This document shows, one piece after another, positions 20,832 to 31,297 of a stretch of DNA of 64,000 nucleotides. Every line of letters starts with the position of its first letter. Position 1 is the first letter of the stretch. A program made the translations under genes and the position numbers. A model generated the notes under the pieces. It had not been told where the DNA came from and searched no databases. It worked only from the letters and a program-made list of their open reading frames with translations. Source of the DNA: Andalucia godoyi And28. Lineage: Eukaryota; Protista; Jakobida. The DNA is taken from positions 197,695 through 261,694 of the forward strand of contig VRVR01000019.1 of NCBI GenBank assembly GCA_009859145.1, in the 5' to 3' direction.

Positions 20832-21375
20832 CCTACATTATCCACTGAACATGCATATCAACGAGTAGACATGCATATTCAATCTTGCATCCCGTTGCTC
20901 GGAAGGGGAAAGGCCCCAACACGCCTCACGGTGTTCTTCAGATAGATGTTCCGCGCTCCGTTCTCAATCTCGATCAATCTGCGAGCCACTTTTCTCAGCG
21001 TGACACGTTGTTCCTGAGAAAGGTGCATTTTGATTCCGACGGCCCTAGCAGCAGGCGCTTTCGTGTCCTCAGTTGCAGCGCGGTTGATGCACCTGGAGAT
21101 ACGAGAAGAAGAGGCGGTAGGAAGACGGTGGGGGTTTGCGGCTGCGACACTTCTCGCTTCACGTGCTGCTTTCCCAACGCTGCATGGGCTCCCGCATTGT
21201 TCGACGCAGAGTGCCTGAACATGTGCTGCACACGTGGTCATCGTTTCTCAGTTCGTATATCCATCCCCGATGCGGACCGTCGGTTCTTGTCCCAATTGCA
21301 GACATTCGAGAAACCGTTCAGCGCCCTGGATTTGGGCGCCAACACCCAAAAAGAAGAAGAAGTCGGGAGCCCACC
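20832..21375 (-). mobile_element. Family B copy 1: non-autonomous Fanzor2/IS607-TnpB-like element
   Basis: 20830-21148 is an inverted duplicate of 51905-52203. Encodes RAVGIKMHLSQEQRVTLRK (OrfB_IS605 HTH/WED start) joined to IDRD/ENGARNIYLKN (RuvC-III). GG occurs at both proposed junctions on the minus strand. Confidence 0.75.
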
Positions 21376-21571
21376 AAGTGAGTTTTACAGAAAGGGGGGG
21401 GGGGGGCATGGGTCTGTGAGACACGACATACCGAACCAGTATGCAAAGTAAAAGGCGAGGATGACAGAAACAATCCAAGGATCCATGATAAAATAAAAGC
21501 ACATAGAAGAAGAAGCCAAGGGGAGGATCACGACATTAACAACAACAGCAACAGTGGCAGGGGCAGCGACT

Positions 21572-22786
21572 CTATCCTTCTGGCTCCTCTGTTTCGAAAT
21601 GAGGATGCTGATGGAGATGCGTTCGAACATCATCTGGAACGGCAGCTCCTGATGCGTCCTTTTCGTGAATCACCTGCAACATTCTCTTACCGCTCATCTG
21701 AGTGGTGAGTTCCCTCCCAAACACAGAAGCATGAACCACGGCCACGGACCGATCGACATTTGTGTTGTCCACGAGTCCCCAAGGCCGAGTGCAGTTCTTG
21801 GACCGCAGGCACAGTTCGGTTTGAATTCTTCGAATTGCATCAATGTGTGCAACATACCTGTTCATTCTCGGTTCCAGAGTCATGTATTTTGCTCTCGTCG
21901 CAAATCTTTCTCGATGCTTCTCTGCATTGGATATGTGAACCACAAACGGCACGACAAAATCAGCCTCCATTTCAGCGGGGATCATCTCCTGAAGGACATT
22001 CGGCAGCAAGTGCACTCCTTCTACAATGATTGGTGTCCGTCGCTTGACGTGGCTCTGAATAAGTGGCACAAGAGCCTGGAGCACCATTCTGCACTGGTCC
22101 TCATAATCCTGGACATTCGACTCATATGTCGATGCAAACAGATGCTGCGGTGCATTTGGAATCGAGCGCAATGCGTGACGAATCACATCGGTTGAGATAA
22201 TCGTCGTGATTCCAATTCGAGCAGCCAACAACGCAGCCAGCGTCGACTTTCCACACCCGGACGTCCCACCAAGTAGAATCACGATGGGACGTCTCCGAGC
22301 TTGAATTTCCACTGCCAGCTCTATGTCTCTCATGGGATAAAACAAGCTGTGAGCAGAGAGTGTTGCGGCAATCAATCTGCATAGCAGGGCTGCCCTTTCC
22401 CGACTCCTATTCTCCCGCTCTTCTCCACTCTCGGCACCGCCGTCGACATCCCCCTTTGAGGAAGACTCTCTTCGGTGGCGATGGTGGTGGTGGTCATTAT
22501 GATGATTCTGATCGGTGCCGTTTGCACTGATGCTTGCATAGGAGGAACCAGCGGAGTTGGAGTACGACGCCGTACAGTGGAACGAGTCATGGTCTTGCGA
22601 GTCGTAATCTTCAGGAACAACATCCACAGGAAATGCATCCACCATCGTCTCTGCTCGGTGAGGCTTCACACCAATCAATGCAAATATCTGGCGAATTGCA
22701 AACGGATGAACACCCATTCTTCTCCCTTCTTTTCTTCTCTTTTCGCTCAGCAAACGTAAGTCGCTGCTGAACACTAGCCCGAGCAC
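21572..22786 (-). CDS. 2-phosphoglycerate-kinase-like P-loop NTPase (LPA1 homolog)
   Basis: ILLGGTSGCGKSTLAALLAARIGITTIISTDVIRHALR, IIVEGVHL, HRERFATRAKYMTLEP and VDNTNVDRSVA. Confidence 0.85.
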   Translation of the reverse strand: MLGLVFSSDLRLLSEKRRKEGRRMGVHPFAIRQIFALIGVKPHRAETMVDAFPVDVVPEDYDSQDHDSFHCTASYSNSAGSSYASISANGTDQNHHNDHHHHRHRRESSSKGDVDGGAESGEERENRSRERAALLCRLIAATLSAHSLFYPMRDIELAVEIQARRRPIVILLGGTSGCGKSTLAALLAARIGITTIISTDVIRHALRSIPNAPQHLFASTYESNVQDYEDQCRMVLQALVPLIQSHVKRRTPIIVEGVHLLPNVLQEMIPAEMEADFVVPFVVHISNAEKHRERFATRAKYMTLEPRMNRYVAHIDAIRRIQTELCLRSKNCTRPWGLVDNTNVDRSVAVVHASVFGRELTTQMSGKRMLQVIHEKDASGAAVPDDVRTHLHQHPHFETEEPEG

Positions 22787-22807
22787 AATTCAATCCAACC
22801 AATCGCA

Positions 22808-22844
<37 letters not shown>

Positions 22845-23666
22845 GCGCGAGAGAGAGGCAGAGAGAAAAGCTCCACACGCTTTATATTGAGAATTATCTT
22901 GCTCTTGGTATTTCTGTTTACGCTATACTTCGCGGCGACATTTTTCAGTGTTTGGAGAACATGAATACAAATCGATCCCAGAATGGAAAAACTCTCTTGG
23001 AAAGTGAAGACGTCTGGTCACCAACTGTAAATTAAAAAAGCTCCACAGCATTTTGCCCGCCCATCTCCAAAGGGCAAACCTGCCCTTAGAATAGAATAGC
23101 CCCACGTAAGATGAGGTGGGCCTTATGCTTGCCCACTACAGCACTTTTCTATAGAAGAGACGGGAAACCCAGGTTCGAAAATCGCGCCATTTGGACCCTC
23201 CTATTGCCGGTACCGTTTTGGCATTATCACCCTTGCAGTTTGCAGCGTCTTTTTCACCACGTTTCTTTTCTCCAGGCTTCTTTTAACCCTCCAATCCTTG
23301 TTCCTTGCGTGTGGTTTTGGTTAGCTGTGCATTGTCAGCTGCTACTCGTGAGCACTGCTCCCTCAACCCTTTCCCTCGTCTCTTCATCGCCTCATTCACT
23401 CTGTCCTCTTGTCTGTTTGTCGTTCCTTGTCATTATTGTTAATTGCTTATATATTGCTGCGTGTCTGATTGCTGTATACGCATCGCGTCCAGCTCCAAAC
23501 CTCTGACAGAAAGAACACCTGCTTTTGCGCTGCGGTCTCTCGTCGATTCCACACATCCTCGCACATACGCACTTATCCACATCCACACACATATAATTTT
23601 CTTCACTTTGATTTTCCCCCCTTCTTACTCCTTCTTGTGTGGAGAGTCCCTTTTTGTGTTGGAGGA

Positions 23667-23800
23667 ATGTCGTCGAAAGACAAGGACAAGGAGAAGGAAA
23701 AGGACAAGGACAAAGACTCGGCAGGTGGATCTTCGAATGCGGCTGCAGCTTCTGGTACCTTGATGCCTACCGCAGCCAGTAGTAGTAATAGCAATAGTAA

Positions 23801-23844
<44 letters not shown>

Positions 23845-25933
23845 ATAATAATAATAATAATAGTAGCAGCAGCAGTGCTAATAACAGTAGTAGTACTACT
23901 GCTGCTACTGGCGGGAGCGCTGCAAACACAAGTACAGCTCCAAACCCAAGTGCGAGTGCTAAAGAAGAGTCCTTGGAGCTTATTCATTGCAATTATTGTA
24001 GAAGGGATATTACAAATAGCGTGAGAATACGCTGTGCAGAGTGTGCAGAGGTGGATTTGTGCGTTGATTGTTTTGCAGCTGGAGTTGCTTTTCTTGATCA
24101 CAAGCCGGACCACTCATATCGGATTCTAGATGATATGACTCGACCGCTGTTTTCTCCGACTTGGGGCGCAGACGAAGAGCTTCTCTTGCTCGATGGCATT
24201 GAGACGTGTGGTGTTGGAAACTGGATAGATGTGTCCGCACATGTTGTGACAAAGACCAAGGAAGAGTGCGCATCGCACTATTGGAAGCACTATGTAGATA
24301 CGCCTCTGTATCCGCTTCCCAATCTGGACGGCATGCTAGATTATGTCCCTCCAGAGAAGAGACCAAAGAGAAAAACAGTGTCGTCGTCTGGAGACGGTGC
24401 CGACGGCCCCGGGAAAAAGAAAAAAAGAAGACCGTTACAAGCAGTGGCACCGGCTCCACAGGCGGGAAAGGGATTGCGGGAGCAGACGATGCAAACAAGG
24501 AAGACGAGCTGCGAGGATATGAGATACCGCTGTACGGAGCATCGATTGGCTATATGCCAAAGCGCATGGACATGACAGTGGAGTACCACAACGAGGCTGA
24601 GAACTCCATTGCTGATCTCGAGTTCACTGAGGCTGATCTGCACGATGAGACGTCTCTCTGGCTGAAGATGCAGTTGCTGGAAGCGTATTCCAAGAAGGTC
24701 GAGGAGAGAATGGAGAGAAAGTCGTTTGCACACGATCACATGATCGTTGACTTCGACAATTTCAAAAAGTATACTTTCCTGTCGGACGCAAACAGCTTTT
24801 TCAGCTTATCGCAGCCAATCCCAGACTCCTCCATTCCCGCGAACGGCGTGCAGAACGGGCCGCGAACGGGAGAGCCAACTGGCTCTTCTTCGTCATCACT
24901 TCCGTACCACGTCCCTCCACCTGTGTCTGCTATCCCGGTCTCCTCATCGACCGGCATAGCTGCATCATCATCATCATCATCATCATCATCGTCCACCGCG
25001 ATCGCAGGAAATGCAGCTGCCCCGGTAAGTGCGCAGGCTTCGAGTGCTGCAGCATCATCTTCGGTGGCCGCGGCTTCGTCGGTGGCGGCTGCAACGGCGT
25101 CATCCGGCGCCGCTTTTCAGACTGGAGACGAAGAATCCGCAGTGAATTCGGCGCTAAAGGACGAATGGCTGTCGTATGTCCCGCAGGATCTGACACTTTC
25201 CAAGACGGAGAAGAAGAACCTGAAAGAGATTTATCAAAAATACGCGCCATTTGCGCGCCTTATGAAGGTCGATGAATGGAAACGAACGATCGGCGGGCTC
25301 TTCCGAGAGCGGACGCTGCGGCGGGAGATTCAGATGCTCAAGGAGTATCGAGAGAATGGTCTTGCGTTCCTCAGTCAAATTCGAAAGTTTGAGGATGCAA
25401 GAAGGAAGAGAGCGGAGGAAGTTCGAGAGCAGAAGTCTCGATACGAGAAACTAGCCAGCCATTCTGGACCTCGACGATCCACGCGTGGCTTTGATGAACT
25501 TCTGCAACCAATGACTGCCAATTCCGATTCATCCATCCTCAGCTCCGCATTTTCTTCGTCCGTTTTGGATGAGACGGGGACATCGAAGCCGCCGACTGTG
25601 CCTGTTCAAAATCGCGTGATTGATCCGCTAGAACTGGATGAACGCAAGGTGGGACATGAAATGCTTACCGATGACGAAAAACAGTTTATTGTGTCCAACG
25701 ATGTGACCCCTCAAATGTACATGATGAGCAAGGAAGTTTTCATGCGACATGCCGATCTGTTGTTGGAAAACATCTCTGCAGCTCCTGATCTTGTTCACGG
25801 GTTGTCTGCAGACAAGGCTGCTGCCTGTGCTGCGTTTGTGCATAGCCAGGGTTGGCTTCATTGTGCTGCCGACGTTCTGAAGAATTTTTCTGCCTCAGAG
25901 TTCTCGTCTTTCAATTCTTCGATTCGCCATTAA
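23667..25933 (+). CDS. ADA2: SAGA subunit ADA2 (ZZ zinc finger, SANT, SWIRM-like), interrupted by a -1 frameshift near 24415-24430
   Basis: First frame: CNYCRRDITNSVRIRCAECAEVDLCVDCF and WGADEELLLLDGIETCGVGNW. Second frame: GYMPKRMDMTVEYHNEAE and LTDDEKQFI..PQMY. Confidence 0.85.
23779..23890. repeat. (AGT)n/(AAT)n microsatellite encoding poly-Ser/Asn in the ADA2 N-terminus
   Basis: Tandem agt and aat units seen directly. Confidence 0.9.
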
Positions 25934-26470
25934 CCCCCTGGGTGTGGTTGTGACCCTTCTGTTTTTTTCCCATTCTTTGAAGGACTTCTTGATTCATTGC
26001 ACCGATTGGCGTGTGATGACGGACCTCGTTTTTTCGTATTCCCCATTTCCCTTTCCCCCGCTTCTCTCTTTTTATCATTTCCTTTTCCTTTTTTCTTCTT
26101 CTTTCTTTTGTTGTGTCTTGTTTGTATTTTCCAATTTCCATGTACACGAGATTCATAAACACAAACCTGAGCCGTCAGGTTGCGAACATGCATCCGCCCC
26201 GTCCCCCTCCTTCCCCACCGACCAGCCGTTTCTCTTTCATCCCAGCAAACATGCCGCGACTGCATCTGCATGCTCCCTCTCGCTACTGCTGCGCTACGAG
26301 GCTAAAACGCGGTACGTATTTTACAATCCATAAACACTGCAATGCTGCACAAAGTAACAGGAAGGCGACGTAGCAACAGCAAAAAACCAAGAGCAAACGA
26401 ACAAAATAATAATAAAAAACAAAAAAGCAAATCAGAAAAAAGGCTGGTCGAGAATCAACTCCGGACGGAA

Positions 26471-27955
26471 TTAAAGCTTGGATGACAGCGGGAAGGCCGC
26501 CGAGAGAATCTTCATCGCCTGAGACTGTCCTGTAAACAGCGCGCCGTGAACACACGAGAACCAAGTGCGGTGCGTCGCTTCGCCTGAAAACAGCACACGG
26601 CCGGCATGGAATCTTTGCACGTTGTCAAAGTAAGCATCTGCGCGCTCATTATCAAGGTCCGCCAGGTTCTTCGGGAAGCCCGGGCAACTCCAAGACCCGC
26701 CCGCGAAAGGATCAGTACCCCACTCCGTCAACACACTCTTGATCAGCTTGGCTTTGGAGCCCACTCCGGCTTCCGGGAAAGCTCTTGAAAGCCACTCCAT
26801 TCCAAGTGCCAGGTAAGTTCCGTCTTTCATTTTCCCTGGATCTAACGGCAGCAAGTCCTCTCGGTGCATCCACATCAGCAGAACAGATCTTCCATTTCCA
26901 ACAAACGGAGAATAATCAATGCAGTTCCAGTATAACCGAGATCGATCGACGTGCTCAGAATCCGGATACACTGCAGCAAAGTACGCTTCCTCACCCCAGA
27001 AATTCGTATCAAACTCCAGGAACAACTTCTCGACGCCATTGAACTGCATGTCGTTGGTAAAGAATGATTCCATTTCTGGACACAATTCCGGAACAAATTT
27101 GATGGATTTGTTCCGCATGATCGCTACAGGAACGGTGACCAGAGCATAGTCGAATCGTTCAAATGCCACCTTGGATGCCGCGGAGGATGCTGAAATTTCG
27201 ATCACCACAGAAGGGGACGATACAGGCACCTCTACCTTCCTGACGACAGTATTGAGACGAAGCGAGAAGGAGCCGGGTTTCATTCCTGAAGCGAGCTTCT
27301 CGACGTCCCTAAACATTGCCTTTGGAAGTTGGGCATAGCCACCTCGAAGCATCGAGTGACCGTCACCTTCGTCATAGAGTGCAAATCGCCGGGCAGGAAC
27401 CTTGTCAAATGTGCCTCCAGCGATGTGCTCTTCCAAAGTATAGTAGAACTCAAGAGCTTTGCGCTCATCAGCAGACAACCCACCGCGAGAAATCCCTTTC
27501 TTCTTCTGCAGAATGTGGTCCACTGCTTGGCCCCAGGCATGCTTGGTGTCCGCACGAGGATGAATGGAACTAACAAACCAATCTTCTTCAAACAGACACA
27601 TCGCCTCATCATGCGTTCTCATCATATCATACGTCACGTCCTTCGGAATCCTTTCGTTCGTCTCGGGACTCCTGAACAAGAACGCGTTTTTATCAAACGA
27701 AGACTCAACAAGCTCAAATCCGTAGTGCTTGCAAATCGGATTCAATGGAGACCGAGATGTCCCGTGAACCCAGCTCGCGCCATGATCAAACCCATTTTCA
27801 TCCGTGAACATGCGTCCTGCAATACGATCACGGGCTTCAAACATTGTAATGGAAATCGACACTCCTTGCCGACCCGCTTGCTCCAAAAGAGTCTTTGCCG
27901 CGGATATTCCGGAAATCCCAGCTCCAACAATTGCAATTCGTAAAGGCGCCGTCAT
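26471..27955 (-). CDS. Flavin-containing amine oxidase (polyamine oxidase/LSD-like)
   Basis: IAIVGAGISGISAA, FEARDRIAGR, DHGASWVHG, WGTDPFAGGSWS, FSGEAT and VHGALFTG. Confidence 0.88.
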   Translation of the reverse strand: MTAPLRIAIVGAGISGISAAKTLLEQAGRQGVSISITMFEARDRIAGRMFTDENGFDHGASWVHGTSRSPLNPICKHYGFELVESSFDKNAFLFRSPETNERIPKDVTYDMMRTHDEAMCLFEEDWFVSSIHPRADTKHAWGQAVDHILQKKKGISRGGLSADERKALEFYYTLEEHIAGGTFDKVPARRFALYDEGDGHSMLRGGYAQLPKAMFRDVEKLASGMKPGSFSLRLNTVVRKVEVPVSSPSVVIEISASSAASKVAFERFDYALVTVPVAIMRNKSIKFVPELCPEMESFFTNDMQFNGVEKLFLEFDTNFWGEEAYFAAVYPDSEHVDRSRLYWNCIDYSPFVGNGRSVLLMWMHREDLLPLDPGKMKDGTYLALGMEWLSRAFPEAGVGSKAKLIKSVLTEWGTDPFAGGSWSCPGFPKNLADLDNERADAYFDNVQRFHAGRVLFSGEATHRTWFSCVHGALFTGQSQAMKILSAAFPLSSKL

Positions 27956-28492
27956 CTGCGTTCTTCTTGCCGGTACACTCTTCTATTGTTCAGTCTCTCC
28001 GCTATCGTAGCAGCAGCAGCAGCAGTAGGAGGAGGTGGAGGAGGAGGAGGAACTATCGGAACTCTGCTCCACAGTGAATGCGAAAGACAACAAGCAACAA
28101 CAACAACAAGAAGAAAAACAAAAAATTACGTGACTGAAAAAAAAACCTGCGAAAATACGGAACAATTTTGGATATATTTGCAGGTCGATTTTTGGAGCGA
28201 CAAAAAAGACGATTAAACCGACTGTAAATAAAAAAAAAGAAACGAGAAGCGCCTTCCTTGTCCTCTGCCGCCGAATTCGAAACTCCCGCTCGTCAAACCT
28301 GCAGAATCCATTATCAAAAATGCACAACGAGAACTAAGTGGCATTCTGTCGATGTTGTTGTAATCGTTACTATTTCTTTTTTTCCGTTTAATCTTCTTTT
28401 ATAGATATAGATAGATAGGTATATTTTACTGTGATTTCCAAAGTGACACCCACAGACATACTCACGTTAGCGCTGCCGATATCCATTGACGA

Positions 28493-29986
28493 ATGTCAGT
28501 GCCTCTCAGAATTTCGCAGCTTCTCCCGCAGATAGAAGCACAGGTGTTTGATGATTCAAGGCCGGTAAATTTCAAGAGTCTTGCGTATACATACGGGGTT
28601 TCTGCATTGGAAGCCCAGCAGGTTCTTGAATCGTTTGCGGCGCAATTCGGCGATCGGTGCATCGTTCTTTGGCGAATATTCGGTGTTAGAATTTCCGGAA
28701 ACAATGAGGAGGCGATCGCAGTGGTCGTTTGTGACGAAAAAAGGCGCAGAGAGATCGAGGAGTCCATGGCAAGGATACTGAGTTCGTCAATCTATGGGAT
28801 CCGAGCAAAAGCGTCGGTGGATTCGCTGGGGTTTCCCACCATGGCCAATGTTGAGCTGGCAGTCGCTGCAGAATACGATGACCGATCTGATTTCTTTGCG
28901 TCCGGAAACAAGATTGTAAGCTCAATCTTTGGAAAGACCAATGACCAAGTCGTGTACAATGCAGACCAGCGAGCGCTTCTCACAACAATGTACAGAAATG
29001 AGCATGCAGCGAAGAAGAGTGAGCAACCACAACTGCATGGCCAACGGGCTGCGGGACACACTACCGCATCCGCATCCGCAGCCACGTCGACGTCGGCATC
29101 CACTTCCACGAACGCCTTTGGTGCATCTACCAAGGCTCAGTCGAACCCCTTCTTCAAGCAGCCAAAGCCTGCATCGACTGTTGCGGGTGCTTCTGGCGCA
29201 TCGCCGACCGCTTCTGGAGGAAAGCCAACACCAAAGTCTACGAAAAGTGGCCCGAAAGGATTTTTTGCAAAGGTTGCTCCCAGAAAGACAGCAGTGGCGG
29301 CACCTAAAGAAAAGGTGAAAGCAGAATTGGATCAGGACGACGAAGAAGGCGACATCGATATGTTCATCCCTGTCGAGGACGAGGAGGCTGCCGAGGACGA
29401 CGGTGACGATTCGCCTGCATCAGTGCATTCGGATGAAGAAGATGTCGTGATGAAGGAGCCGGAAGCGAAGCCCACGCCAGCTTCGGCTGCAGTCAAGAAA
29501 GAGCCCAAAAAGGAAGTGCAGGAAGAAGACATTCAGGCATATGCTCGTAGAGTCGAGAATGAACAAAGGGCGCGCGATGAAAGGCAGAAGAAGGTGGAGG
29601 CGAAGAGATTGGAAGCGGAAAGGAACCTTGGTTTTGCGTCAAAGACAGCTTCTTCCTCTTCGTCGTCTTCTTCATCTACTGCGACTTCTACTACTACCAG
29701 TGCTCCCGGCTACTGTGAAACTGCGCCCTCCGCAAAGAGACAGCGAGTGCTGAAGAAGAAGACCTATGTCGATGAAAAGGGGTATCTTGTGTCTGAGGAG
29801 GTTTGGGAAGAGGTGGACGCAGAACCGTCCTCGGCATCGACTTCCCAGAACAATTCGCAGCCAAGAGTTGTGCTCGCAGCTGCACCGGCTGTTGCTCCCA
29901 AGCCTCTGCCAGCGACAGGACTCGCGGCGTCTTCTACGGCGAAGAAACCGCAACAGAAATCCATATCGTCTTTCTTTGGAAAATAG
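28493..29986 (+). CDS. POLD3: DNA polymerase delta subunit 3 (Cdc27/p66)
   Basis: N-terminal VNFKSLAYTYGVSALEAQQVLESF, then KTYVDEKGYLVSEEVWE and a C-terminal PIP box QKSISSFF. Confidence 0.85.
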   Translation: MSVPLRISQLLPQIEAQVFDDSRPVNFKSLAYTYGVSALEAQQVLESFAAQFGDRCIVLWRIFGVRISGNNEEAIAVVVCDEKRRREIEESMARILSSSIYGIRAKASVDSLGFPTMANVELAVAAEYDDRSDFFASGNKIVSSIFGKTNDQVVYNADQRALLTTMYRNEHAAKKSEQPQLHGQRAAGHTTASASAATSTSASTSTNAFGASTKAQSNPFFKQPKPASTVAGASGASPTASGGKPTPKSTKSGPKGFFAKVAPRKTAVAAPKEKVKAELDQDDEEGDIDMFIPVEDEEAAEDDGDDSPASVHSDEEDVVMKEPEAKPTPASAAVKKEPKKEVQEEDIQAYARRVENEQRARDERQKKVEAKRLEAERNLGFASKTASSSSSSSSSTATSTTTSAPGYCETAPSAKRQRVLKKKTYVDEKGYLVSEEVWEEVDAEPSSASTSQNNSQPRVVLAAAPAVAPKPLPATGLAASSTAKKPQQKSISSFFGK

Positions 29987-30118
29987 CATAAATATCTTTT
30001 TGTACTTCTATATTAAAATTAAAAAAAGAGAAGGGCGGAAATTAGAAAAATGCATCTGTACACATGCACGCGAAACCGTCACGGCCGCCACCATCGCCAT
30101 CATCGACACGGAACAACA

Positions 30119-30742
30119 TCATCGAGCGAGTGCAATGTTGCCGACGATGCGTGCGTTGTTGATCGCTTGCTGAATGAGAGCCTCTCTCCGCTCCATCTGT
30201 GCGTCCAGGTCTTCAGCAATTATCGTATGAATCTGCTTGATTCCTATATAATTCAGCAGAGAGGTTGATAAAGCAGTGGAATGGTCCACGTGGTCCGACC
30301 GAGAAACATGCCCACCTGCAACTGTGATGAGCACGGCCTTCTGCCTTACAAGCAGCCCTTTCGCTCTGCCGTCTGATCCCTCGTCAAACGTCAGTCCCTT
30401 GATGATAACACTATCGAACCATGCCTTCACAACGGCGGGCATTGAGAAGTTATACACTGGATATGCAATGATCACACAATCTGTACGCATAATCTGCGCT
30501 ACATATCGATCCGACTTTGCGAGTGCCTTTCCTTCTTCGGGAGTCAAAGGAATTCCGCTCCAGGATCGCTTTGCATATGCATTTGCCTTGTCTGGATCCG
30601 TTAGAAAGTCCGGATGGTCAACACACAAGTCAACCGTCTCTACAAACTGCGGTCGCGCGGAGTCGAGGAAGGCACGCAAGATCCTTCCGGTTGCCGACGT
30701 ATCACCTCGCGGGATGCATCGAACAACCAAAGCTCGAGACAT
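30119..30742 (-). CDS. azoR: FMN-dependent NADH-azoreductase (AzoR/AcpD, flavodoxin-like fold 2)
   Basis: PRGDTSAT, IAYPVYNFSMPAVVKAWFDSVIIKGLTF, KGLL and YIGI. Confidence 0.85.
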   Translation of the reverse strand: MSRALVVRCIPRGDTSATGRILRAFLDSARPQFVETVDLCVDHPDFLTDPDKANAYAKRSWSGIPLTPEEGKALAKSDRYVAQIMRTDCVIIAYPVYNFSMPAVVKAWFDSVIIKGLTFDEGSDGRAKGLLVRQKAVLITVAGGHVSRSDHVDHSTALSTSLLNYIGIKQIHTIIAEDLDAQMERREALIQQAINNARIVGNIALAR

Positions 30743-31241
30743 TCAACATTAACTGTAACAAACACACTGGATCTCCTTGACAACGAAGCTTCCCAAAGGA
30801 ATGAAGACGAGAAAACGAATATGGGAAGAAGAGAGAGACAGAAAAGGAAAGAAGAAGAAGAAAAGGATAAAGAAACAGATGAAGACGACGACGAAAGCAC
30901 AGTCAGCGACTGTACTCTCAGGCCGTTAATCGAGACAGGCACTGACAATTTCTCCATCACGTCCTTACCCGTCAGTCAGTCTTTCCCAATCTGATTAGCT
31001 TCGATCCCGTTTTTGCAACACATTTTTCTTTTGGAGGATTTTTCTTTCAGCTTTTCTCTTTGTTTGATACTGCCAAAACAACCATCGTTTCTTCTTATAA
31101 ACCACACACGGTTAATTTTTTCTTTTCGTGTCATCTTTTTCTCCCTCTTGTTTTTCTCTCGTAACACTAACTGGTTTTTTGTCGTCGATTGATTTGGGGT
31201 TTAAAAGCATAGTCCGCATTCCTCTCCTTGTGGTATCATTG

Positions 31242-31272
<31 letters not shown>

Positions 31273-31297
31273 CTGTGTGTCGGGAAAAGAGAAAAAC

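Noticed and set aside
23160-23190. T-loop-like ggttcgaaaatc suggesting a tRNA
   Set aside because: No acceptor, D or anticodon stems can be formed.
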